Shown here piece after piece: positions 37,617 to 45,638 of a stretch of 64,000 bases of DNA (positions are counted from its first letter, which is position 1; the number at the start of each line of letters is the position of its first letter). A model generated the notes under the pieces. It was not told the DNA's origin and did not search any database. It worked only from the letters and a program-made list of their open reading frames with translations. A program made the translations under genes and the position numbers. The stretch is from Verrucomicrobiota bacterium. Its GTDB lineage: Bacteria; Verrucomicrobiota; Verrucomicrobiia; Limisphaerales; UBA9464. The stretch lies in NCBI GenBank assembly GCA_947471985.1, contig CANIZL010000009.1, positions 21,810 to 85,809 of the forward strand, read 5' to 3'.

Positions 37617-39350
37617 TTAAAGCGGCTTCAGCATGTGGTAGCTGTGGCACGTGGCGCAGTTGGCCGGGGCGCCGTTTTCCGTGTGACAGTCGATGCACGC
37701 CTTCAGGCCGGCATTGCGATCGGCCGCGGAAAGCATGGTGGCCGTCTGATGAGGTAGATTGATGTCAGATGTCCGGGTGCTTTGGAGCACGGTGCCATGG
37801 CACTCCAGGCAGGTGATCCGCGGCGACGGATGTTTGGCGTGATTGAAACGTCCACCCGGCAGCCAGCGGTCGGGTATCCGCGGACGGGTCACCTGCGCCT
37901 GCCCCTGCGCGTCACGGGTGACCTCATGACAATATGCGCAGCCCGCGTAATGGGCGCGTTTGCCGGTGCTGCCCTGATCCTCGGGAAACATCCGGGGGCG
38001 GGGATCGCCGGTGAATAAAATCAGGTCGAGCAATTGCTCCCCCGTGCCCAGCAGGCGGCGGACGCGGTCGGCGTTGGCGCGGGCAAAGTCATCGATGCGC
38101 GCGCGGTCCGTCTCGCCGCGGATGCGGGCGAGGTTGGCATACTGGACCTGGAGCGTGGCCAGACTGGCGACTCCCGCCCGCACGGCTGCAGGCGACGCAT
38201 GGGGGAGTTTCATCTCGGGGTTTACCGGATCGAACTGCAGGGAATGACAGGACTGGCAATGCAGGTCGAAGCGGATTCGTGCCATGTAAGCGCCGGTGGA
38301 ATCGGGCTGGTGACAATCACGACAATTGAGTCCGCGGGTCTCGTCGACGCCCGCATCCGCCATCCGGACCGTGGTGCCGAAGTGCAGTTGGTGATTGAAC
38401 TTGAGCGTATTCCCATCCTTGAGCCCGGCCACGTGGAGTCCGAAGTCCGGATGGCCATCCCAGTAGTGGGCGAATTGATTGGTCCGGCCTCCCGCCCGAC
38501 GCGGGGTGATGAAGGCGCTGAGGCCCGGGACCAGGGGGGGATGGAAATCCAGCGGGTCGTCGGTGCTCGGGCGGGTGAACCGCCGGAGGGCGGGGCCGTC
38601 GTTGTGACAACTCGCGCAGGTCTCATCACGGGGTGCGGCCAACTGGCGTCCCTGATGTTCCCGATGACAATCGGTGCAGGAATGCGCCGCTACGACCGTG
38701 GGCTGATGGCGATCGTGATCCGCGTGGCAGGCGAGGCAATTGCGCTCGTCCATTCGGCTGTGGTGATCCGTTTTGGCCAGCGCCAGTTGTTTCCAATCGA
38801 AGGGGCCGGGCCGGGCGCGGAACGCCGTTTGCAACCACTGCCCCAGTCCCCCTTCGGCGGCCTCGTGGCACCCCGCACAACCACTCGAGCCGAAGTGGGT
38901 GAGGGCGTCGTGTTGGAATCCCGGGCTGCCGTGGGGTTGGGAAACCGGGCCGGGCGAGATGAAGGCCCAGCGCCAGGGACCAGCGCACAGCAGCACGAGC
39001 AGTCCGATGGTAAACGAAATGGTGGCCAGCGTCAGCCGGCCGCGCAGGCGCCGCAGCGAGCTTTGAGGGACGCACGGGATGATGGGGCAGCCGCATTGGC
39101 CGTCGGGGCCGGGGCCGGTGGCACAAGGACCGCCCGCCTCCCGGGACCGCGTGCATTTCCAACGTCCCTTGGTTTCACCGGGGCGAACCTCGAGCAGGGG
39201 GCGGCATTCCGCGGTGGAGCGACAGTGTCCGCCCGGGCTGGGTCCCAGGCGGCAGGGTTTCCCCTCGCAGGTGCGACCGCAGACCCAGGCCTGGTTGGGT
39301 CGCTCGTATTGGGAGCGATCAAACTCGGGTGCGGGTAGGGGATCGTTCAT
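37617..39350 (-). CDS. Membrane-anchored decaheme cytochrome c with Cys-rich N-terminal domain
   Basis: Ten CxxCH motifs: CAGCH, CLACH, CTDCH, CASCH, CRDCH, CQSCH, CAYCH, CLECH, CIDCH, CATCH; cytochrome c3-like FNHxxH motifs; one TM. Start placed at ATG 39350. Confidence 0.92.
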   Translation of the reverse strand: MNDPLPAPEFDRSQYERPNQAWVCGRTCEGKPCRLGPSPGGHCRSTAECRPLLEVRPGETKGRWKCTRSREAGGPCATGPGPDGQCGCPIIPCVPQSSLRRLRGRLTLATISFTIGLLVLLCAGPWRWAFISPGPVSQPHGSPGFQHDALTHFGSSGCAGCHEAAEGGLGQWLQTAFRARPGPFDWKQLALAKTDHHSRMDERNCLACHADHDRHQPTVVAAHSCTDCHREHQGRQLAAPRDETCASCHNDGPALRRFTRPSTDDPLDFHPPLVPGLSAFITPRRAGGRTNQFAHYWDGHPDFGLHVAGLKDGNTLKFNHQLHFGTTVRMADAGVDETRGLNCRDCHQPDSTGAYMARIRFDLHCQSCHSLQFDPVNPEMKLPHASPAAVRAGVASLATLQVQYANLARIRGETDRARIDDFARANADRVRRLLGTGEQLLDLILFTGDPRPRMFPEDQGSTGKRAHYAGCAYCHEVTRDAQGQAQVTRPRIPDRWLPGGRFNHAKHPSPRITCLECHGTVLQSTRTSDINLPHQTATMLSAADRNAGLKACIDCHTENGAPANCATCHSYHMLKPL

Positions 39351-39361
39351 GGCCGGGGGAG

Positions 39362-40195
39362 TCAGCGGGTCGTGGCGCCGAGGGAAAAGCCGTGCACGAG
39401 GATCAAATGAAGACCGGTGGCGAGAAGCAGGCTGTAGGTGAGGGGAATGTGTACGAAGAGCCACCACTTGAGGCTCGATTGCAGGGCGTACTGATGATCC
39501 AGGCTGTCCTTTTGCTGAACGAGGGCACCCAGTTCATCGAGTCGCTGTTTCTGTTCCGGAGTCAAAAACCGACCCAGATCCTCCATGCGCGCGCGCAGTT
39601 GGTTCAGGGGTTGATCGCCGGCGAAAAGATGTTGCGAGAAATTGCGGGGACCGCGGAAGAAGTCGGCCAATTGGGTGCTGTAGAAGTCCGCAATGGTCGT
39701 GGTGTGACCGGTGGTGACGGATTCCAGGGCCAGGGCTTCGGCGCGATCCTGCAGGGCGCGGCGGATGAGGGGAATGCGTTCGTAAAGGACTTCGCCGCCG
39801 CGGCTCGTCAGCCGGCCGGGGACATATCGGGACCACCACAAGCCGACCACGCCGGAGCCGGCGACGATGACGAAGAGCAGGGCGAGGGTGATTTCGAAGC
39901 CCCCCTGCGGCAGGCGCCAGGAGACGTGGGCGAGAAACAGGGCCGCGGAAAAATACCCGAGATAGACGTGGAGTTGCAGCCAGAGTCGCGAGCTGCCCAA
40001 GGGAAGGAACGGCAGCTTCTTGCGCGCGTTGTACAGGGTCAGGAAAATCATGAGACCCAGCAGGGCCCAGCCGGTGAAGTAGGCGAGGTGTCGCAGGCTG
40101 GGGACGAAATGCCGCCAGACCCAAACCAGTGCGAGAATCGCGACCAGCAGGACGCCGGTCCGACTCAGGCGGCGGATCCAGAGATGCGCGCTCAT
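39362..40195 (-). CDS. Ferric-reductase-like transmembrane (putative di-heme b) protein
   Basis: Two helices each with a His pair 14 residues apart: LHVYLGYFSAALFLAH and VHIPLTYSLLLATGLH; about 5 TM with a soluble helical insert. Confidence 0.75.
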   Translation of the reverse strand: MSAHLWIRRLSRTGVLLVAILALVWVWRHFVPSLRHLAYFTGWALLGLMIFLTLYNARKKLPFLPLGSSRLWLQLHVYLGYFSAALFLAHVSWRLPQGGFEITLALLFVIVAGSGVVGLWWSRYVPGRLTSRGGEVLYERIPLIRRALQDRAEALALESVTTGHTTTIADFYSTQLADFFRGPRNFSQHLFAGDQPLNQLRARMEDLGRFLTPEQKQRLDELGALVQQKDSLDHQYALQSSLKWWLFVHIPLTYSLLLATGLHLILVHGFSLGATTR

Positions 40196-40222
40196 GCGAT
40201 CCTGCGGAGGTGGTTCATGAGT

Positions 40223-41947
40223 TCAGGGGTTAATCCACCGAGCAAAGCGGTCGAGGCTGGTCATGTCGATGCGCCGGAGCGCGTCGTGCGGGCAGGCGCG
40301 TTCGCAGGCCGGGCCGCCGTATTGCTCCAGGCACAGATCGCATTTGGTGGCCTTCAAGATCGGTTTGAGGGATTCGTCGGTGACAAAAGCCCCCTTGGCA
40401 TTGCGCACTTCCACCATGCGGATGGCCTCGTAGGGGCATTGATTGGAACAGGTGGAGCAGCCGATGCAGGTGGCCTGGTTGATCACCACGTTGCCGCGGC
40501 GGGAATCCCGGTGGATGGCGCCGGTGGGGCAACCGATCATGCAGACGGGATCCACGCAGTGCATACAGGCCTGGGCGATCTGGATGCGGCCGCTGCTGGG
40601 ACCGTGGCGGAGAAACCGGGGATTGTTGCCGTGCGTGGCGGCGCAGGCGCGTACGCAGTCGTCGCAGCGGGTGCATCGATCGAGATCGATGGCCATCGTT
40701 GCCGTACCGTTGAAGATCCGGTTGGCGGTGAGGAACTCCATCATTTCGGGCCCGATGCCCGGCTGCTGGGCGCCCAGGTCCAACGAAGGATCCTCATCGT
40801 CCTCGGCCAATTCCTCGGCGGTGAAGGCTGCGGGGCGCAGGGCAGGGGGCAGACCCGGCAGCACCAGTTCTTCCAGGACTTCGCGAGGAACGAACAAGGT
40901 GTGGGTGTAACCCAAGGCGCGGAGCGTGCCCTGATAAAGTAGGAGCGGAGTCTCCGTCCCGCGTCGCAGCCAATTGTGCAGGACCTCCCGCAGGCCGAAG
41001 ATTTGCCCGGCGCCCAAATAGTTCAGGGTGCGTTGTCCGGCGCCGAAGGAACGTGTAAGGCGGGCGAAGCCGGAGCGCACGATGAAGAGGCCCGCCGCCG
41101 CGGTGTTCTGTCCCGCGATGAGCTGCTCAATCTCCGGGTTTAATGTCCCTTTCTGGGCCAATTTCTTGTATTCGCCCGACCAGCCGTAGGAGCCAAAGGT
41201 GCCGAACTCGACCCGGCTCTTCAGGACTTCGTGCTGGGCTTCGCTGAGATGCTGAAAGAGCGGGATGGCGCGCAGGGCGCTGGAGAGTACGTTTTTGCGA
41301 TAGAGGTCGTCGATGCGGTGCTGGAATTTCTGATCGGCGAGGAGGGCCTTGAGTCCCTGCCACCGTACTTCCAGCAATTCCACCTCGCCCGACTCAGCGA
41401 AGATGGAGGCGGTCCGGGGCATGCGGGAGAGGGCGGCGATTTCGCCGAAGAATTCCCCTTCACCAAGGGTGGCCGTCTTGTGCTGCGAAAGGATGCGGGG
41501 CACGTCCTGGAGGAACACCCGGACTTCGCCGGCTTCGGAGATGGTGCTGCCGACGATGGGGGCGAGCGCGGCGGGTTTGCGGACCTCGGGTTCGGCGGAA
41601 GAGGACCAGAGCTGAGCGATGACGCGCCAGATCGATCGTTGGCGCGCCTCTCGTCGGCCCAGCATGCTTTCCGGGAGACCCGGTTGGAGCACCACGCGCA
41701 CGGAACCGCTGAGCACCAAAAATGCGGAGGACCCGTAGTCGCCGGAACGCACCACAATTTCCCCACTACGGAAACGGCGCACGCGACAGTGGTTCTGCAG
41801 GATTCGCCGAAGTTGGTCGGCGGGCAGCGACATATCCTTGAAGGGAGCAACAGCCAGCAGGCGCTCGGCGTCGGCGTCGGCAAACGCCGGATCAAACGCG
41901 GCGTCCTCCTCGCTTAATCGAGCAATTCGCAGATGCGTGGTTTCCAT
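40223..41947 (-). CDS. Tandem cyclic-nucleotide-binding domain protein fused to a 4x[4Fe-4S] (DmsB/NrfC-type) ferredoxin
   Basis: PBC FGEIAALSRMPRTAS; second degenerate CNB; CTRCDDCVRAC, CMHCVDPVCMIGCP, CIGCSTCSNQCP, CDLC..GPACERACP. Confidence 0.9.
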   Translation of the reverse strand: METTHLRIARLSEEDAAFDPAFADADAERLLAVAPFKDMSLPADQLRRILQNHCRVRRFRSGEIVVRSGDYGSSAFLVLSGSVRVVLQPGLPESMLGRREARQRSIWRVIAQLWSSSAEPEVRKPAALAPIVGSTISEAGEVRVFLQDVPRILSQHKTATLGEGEFFGEIAALSRMPRTASIFAESGEVELLEVRWQGLKALLADQKFQHRIDDLYRKNVLSSALRAIPLFQHLSEAQHEVLKSRVEFGTFGSYGWSGEYKKLAQKGTLNPEIEQLIAGQNTAAAGLFIVRSGFARLTRSFGAGQRTLNYLGAGQIFGLREVLHNWLRRGTETPLLLYQGTLRALGYTHTLFVPREVLEELVLPGLPPALRPAAFTAEELAEDDEDPSLDLGAQQPGIGPEMMEFLTANRIFNGTATMAIDLDRCTRCDDCVRACAATHGNNPRFLRHGPSSGRIQIAQACMHCVDPVCMIGCPTGAIHRDSRRGNVVINQATCIGCSTCSNQCPYEAIRMVEVRNAKGAFVTDESLKPILKATKCDLCLEQYGGPACERACPHDALRRIDMTSLDRFARWINP

Positions 41948-41965
41948 GAAGAATGTCGCGGGGGA

Positions 41966-43270
41966 TCAGGCATCCAGGGTCACATTCCCCACGGGGCAGC
42001 CGACGCAAGTCAGGCAGGAGCCCGCTTCGACGCTGAATCCCGGGGCGTCCTTGTAAACGACTTCGCCGACGCGGACTGCCACGGCGCACGAGCCACAGCT
42101 GCCGGCGCCGCAGCCGTAATCGATCCGCACCTGTTGGGCGGCGGCGAGTTCGTAGAGGTTGCTGACGGAACCGTCCCAGACTGCGGTCTTGCCCGACTTG
42201 GCGAAGGTCACGGTAGCCCGGGCGGTTTCCGGTGCGGCGGTGGTGGCCGGCTTGGCCTGGCTGACGCGTTTGACGCTGGCGGGGCCGAACGCCTCGAAGT
42301 GGATGCGCTCGTCGGGGACACCCCACGCGATGAGTCCCTCGTACATGTCCTTCATGAACGGACCGGAGCCGCACATGAGGAAACTGTAATTATTCGACGG
42401 CAACAGCTCCTTGAGCAGATCCGGGGTCAGGCGGCCCTCGCGGTCGTAGTGCCGGCCCCGGATTTCCTGGGGACCGGGACGGGAATAGCAGACCACGACG
42501 TGGAGGTTCTCCAGCGGCCGCAAACGTTCGATGTCGGCCCGCAGGATGTGTTCCTCACCATTGCGGCAGACGAAGAAAAACCAGGCCTCCCGCTTGGATC
42601 CACTGGCGGCGATGGCATTGGCCATGGTCAGGACGGGGGTGATGCCGACGCCGGCGCCCATCAGGACCACCGGCGTGGTCTGGGCGAGGTCGAGGTAGAA
42701 GTGCCCGCTGGGCGCCTTGACGTTGAGCAGATCGCCGACCTGGGCTTTCTGGGTGAGAAACGAGGAACCGACGCCCGGCGGGATGCCGGGTTTGTCTTTG
42801 GGGGACTTTTCCCACTTAATGGTGAGCCGGTAGTAGTCCTTGACCGCATCGCAGTCGGACAAGGAGTAGCACTTCACCACCTGCTTGGTGCGCCCGGGAA
42901 TGTCGAGGCCGAGCGTCAGGTACTGTCCGGGCTTGAACCCCGGGAGCGGTTTGCCGTCGTGCGGCTTGAGGTACAGGGAGTAAACCCCATCGCATTCGAA
43001 GACCTTCTGATCGACCCGGAATTTGCGATAGCCGTTCCAGGTGGCCTTGCCGGCCTCGGCCTGCTGCAGTTCGGCTTTGGCGGCGCGGACCAGGTGATGG
43101 AGCCGCTCCTGCTCGAGGGTCAACTGGCGGCTGCGGGCGAAGAAGCGCCGGACGGCACTGGCGACGGCCAGACCCGTCTGGATGGCCACCCCGGCGAGAA
43201 TGGCCCAACCGATAAACAATCCCGGATTGCTTCGGAGCCCCTCCGAATTCAAAAAGATAAGGGGTTGCAT
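41966..43270 (-). CDS. N-terminally anchored FAD/NAD(P)H oxidoreductase with C-terminal [2Fe-2S] ferredoxin (FNR/PDR-like)
   Basis: TM IGWAILAGVAIQTGLAVA; FKPGQY, CYSLS, GVGS, GAGVGITP, MCGSGPFM, FEAFG; CGAGSCGSC...C. Start placed at ATG 43270. Confidence 0.92.
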   Translation of the reverse strand: MQPLIFLNSEGLRSNPGLFIGWAILAGVAIQTGLAVASAVRRFFARSRQLTLEQERLHHLVRAAKAELQQAEAGKATWNGYRKFRVDQKVFECDGVYSLYLKPHDGKPLPGFKPGQYLTLGLDIPGRTKQVVKCYSLSDCDAVKDYYRLTIKWEKSPKDKPGIPPGVGSSFLTQKAQVGDLLNVKAPSGHFYLDLAQTTPVVLMGAGVGITPVLTMANAIAASGSKREAWFFFVCRNGEEHILRADIERLRPLENLHVVVCYSRPGPQEIRGRHYDREGRLTPDLLKELLPSNNYSFLMCGSGPFMKDMYEGLIAWGVPDERIHFEAFGPASVKRVSQAKPATTAAPETARATVTFAKSGKTAVWDGSVSNLYELAAAQQVRIDYGCGAGSCGSCAVAVRVGEVVYKDAPGFSVEAGSCLTCVGCPVGNVTLDA

Positions 43271-43332
43271 AATGCGCCGCACTTTGTGTATCCAAGAATG
43301 GTGCGGCTTGTAAACCGCATTGCACATAAACC

Positions 43333-44472
43333 GTGATGATCTTTTTTAACCGGCTTTTTCGGGGAATATTTTTGTCGATCCTGGCCGTGACGGCCACGGC
43401 GGGAGAATCGCCGCTGGCGCGGTTTGTGGGCACCCCGGCCTGTGCTTCGTCGTCCTGTCACGGTGGGGCGGGGCCGCAGCGGAATCAGGTGGGCCGGTGG
43501 GAGTCGCTGGATGTCCATCGGCGGGCGGCCAGTACGCTGCAGGTGGCTCGTTCAGAACAGATTGCCCGGGGATTGGGACTTACCAATTCGCTGGGGCAAT
43601 CGACCGCCGCCCAAAGCCCGCGTTGCACCGTCTGCCACGCCCCCAATGCCCTGGTACCGGCCGCGGCGCGTCGGGTGGAACTGGACGCGACCGAAGGGGT
43701 GGCCTGCGAAACGTGTCACGCTCCGGCGGAACCTTGGTTGCGCAGTCACACGCGCCCCGGTCCGCCGCGGGATGATTTTACCCGGGCGGACAAGGTGGCG
43801 GCCGGGATGCGCGATCTGCGGGATTTGCGGGTCCGAGCCAATGTTTGTGTGGCGTGCCACGAGAATGTGCCGCGCGAGTTGCTGGCGGCGGGACATCCGG
43901 AATTGCTGTTTGAACTGGATGGACAAACCCGGCAGGAGCCCCGGCATTGGGTGGAGCGCGCCGGTCCGCCGGCGGGGTATCAAGGCGCGCAGGCCTGGTT
44001 GGTGGGGCAGGCGGTGGCGTGGCGGGAAGTGGCGTGGCAGTCGAAGGATCCCGCTGAAACCTCCGAGCGCTTGGTCGCCCGGGAGGCGGGATTGGCATGG
44101 CTCGTGAGGCGGGCCGCCCAGTCGGTGGGCGTCACTGATGGCACGCCCGATGCCGTGGCCCGGGCCGTCGCGACGCGGGTTTGGACGACGGCCGATACCG
44201 CCACGGTGCTGCGGGTATTGGCGGGTTCGTCGGAGGATTTTCGGACGCCGGCGACGCCGGTGGCGGTGCAGGCCCGGCGCGCGGAACGCCTCGTTCTGGC
44301 GCTGGATCGGCTCCTGGCGGCCAGCCCGGCGGCCACCGCTCAGGCGGCCGATGAGGCGTTGAGTTCGTTGTTTCAACTCGCTCAATGGTTGCCGGATTTC
44401 GCCCCGGCCCGTTTTGCGGCGGCCCTGGAGGTCCTGTCCGGGAAGCTCCCCGTTTCTCCCCCGGTCCCGTAA
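43333..44472 (+). CDS. Secreted cytochrome c554-like multiheme protein (4 heme motifs)
   Basis: Signal peptide; FVG..ACASSSCH (CX4CH), CTVCH, EGVACETCH, CVACH, AAGHP; helical C-terminal half. Confidence 0.85.
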   Translation: MMIFFNRLFRGIFLSILAVTATAGESPLARFVGTPACASSSCHGGAGPQRNQVGRWESLDVHRRAASTLQVARSEQIARGLGLTNSLGQSTAAQSPRCTVCHAPNALVPAAARRVELDATEGVACETCHAPAEPWLRSHTRPGPPRDDFTRADKVAAGMRDLRDLRVRANVCVACHENVPRELLAAGHPELLFELDGQTRQEPRHWVERAGPPAGYQGAQAWLVGQAVAWREVAWQSKDPAETSERLVAREAGLAWLVRRAAQSVGVTDGTPDAVARAVATRVWTTADTATVLRVLAGSSEDFRTPATPVAVQARRAERLVLALDRLLAASPAATAQAADEALSSLFQLAQWLPDFAPARFAAALEVLSGKLPVSPPVP

Positions 44473-44550
44473 GTCGTCCCAGGGTGGCAACTTCCGCCGA
44501 ATTATTTTTGAACTGCGACATACAAAAGCCGGTCGGGTGGTGTCGTATTC

Positions 44551-45201
44551 ATGAGTGGAAGGGCTTTCAGCGTGAACCATCAATCCCTCAAGGATGACGT
44601 TACGGATGCCGCCCCGGGTCGTTTCCCGGAGGGCGCACTGGCGGCGTTGTACGATGCCTCGGCGGAAAAGCTGGTGCTGTACGGCCGGGCGCTGGGCCTG
44701 GGACACAGTGAGGCAGAGGATGTGTTGCACGACGTTTTTGCCGCCCTGCTCAAGTTGACGGCGGTGCCGGATGAACCGGATCACTACGTGGTCCGGGCGT
44801 TTCGGAACCGGGTCTTCAATTACCGCCGGGGCTGGTGGCGTCGACTGCAACGCGAATTCGAGGCCACCCGTTGGTTTGAACCGACGGAACCCGTGTCTCC
44901 GCAGGAGGCTGCCGCGGTGGCCTGTCTCCGCGGACTGCCGATGGAACAGCGGGAGGTGATTGTCTTGAAGGTCTGGCATGGCCACACGTTTGAGCAGATT
45001 GCCCGGCTGCAAGAGGCCTCGCCCAACACCGTCGCGGGTCGCTATCGCTACGGCCTCCAAAAACTTCGTTCCTGTCTGGCCCGAGACTCTTTCGCTGACT
45101 CTGAAACTACTACTGACGATGAAACCGACTTCCGATCCGGAATTGCTGCTGAACCACTTGAGTGCGTTGCCGCTGCGGTCGCCTGCCGCGGGCATTCGTA
45201 G
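44551..45201 (+). CDS. ECF-type RNA polymerase sigma factor
   Basis: Region 2 (EAEDVLHDVF, RAFRNR) and region 4 (LPMEQREVIVLKVWHGHTFEQIA..NTVAGRYRYGLQKLR). Confidence 0.92.
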   Translation: MSGRAFSVNHQSLKDDVTDAAPGRFPEGALAALYDASAEKLVLYGRALGLGHSEAEDVLHDVFAALLKLTAVPDEPDHYVVRAFRNRVFNYRRGWWRRLQREFEATRWFEPTEPVSPQEAAAVACLRGLPMEQREVIVLKVWHGHTFEQIARLQEASPNTVAGRYRYGLQKLRSCLARDSFADSETTTDDETDFRSGIAAEPLECVAAAVACRGHS

Positions 45202-45502
45202 GCGGCTGTTTGGCCCCCGATTGGGAGAGGCCGCGGTTCGCCGGCGGGAGGTGGATCCTTCCCCGGTGGGGCTGGCGGCTTGGCTGATGCCGGTGGGGGC
45301 GGCGGCCGTGGCCCTGCTGGGGTGGGTGGGGACCCCCGGTTTTCCGCTCCGGGCGGTGGCGGGGGAGACCAATGCGGCGCTGCGGGTGGATTTCGCCGGA
45401 TTCCCCGCCAGCAGCGTGAATTGCGTCCCCGCGGGATGGCTGACCTCGACATTGTCCAACGCCGCCCCGTCGACTAACGTTTCGGTTCATGGTTGGAACT
45501 GA
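45119..45502 (+). CDS. Probable single-pass anti-sigma factor
   Basis: Overlaps the sigma 3' end; short cytoplasmic helix (ELLLNHLSALPLRSP..IRRRLF), one TM, short periplasmic tail. Confidence 0.6.
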   Translation: MKPTSDPELLLNHLSALPLRSPAAGIRRRLFGPRLGEAAVRRREVDPSPVGLAAWLMPVGAAAVALLGWVGTPGFPLRAVAGETNAALRVDFAGFPASSVNCVPAGWLTSTLSNAAPSTNVSVHGWN

Positions 45503-45638
45503 AACGCTCAGCCAACCGCCTCTCGAATGAAACGGTGGTCCAGCGCATTGCCGCGGGCCGGGCGCTTTTGCGGCGCCCGGGCTGGTCGTCATTTGGCGTT
45601 CATCGCTGGTCCGACCGGCCCCGTGCACTCCCTTTTCC

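Noticed and set aside
44473-44550. Autoregulatory ECF promoter (GCAACTT / GAACT elements)
   Set aside because: No convincing -35/-10 pair at a suitable spacing could be fixed by eye.
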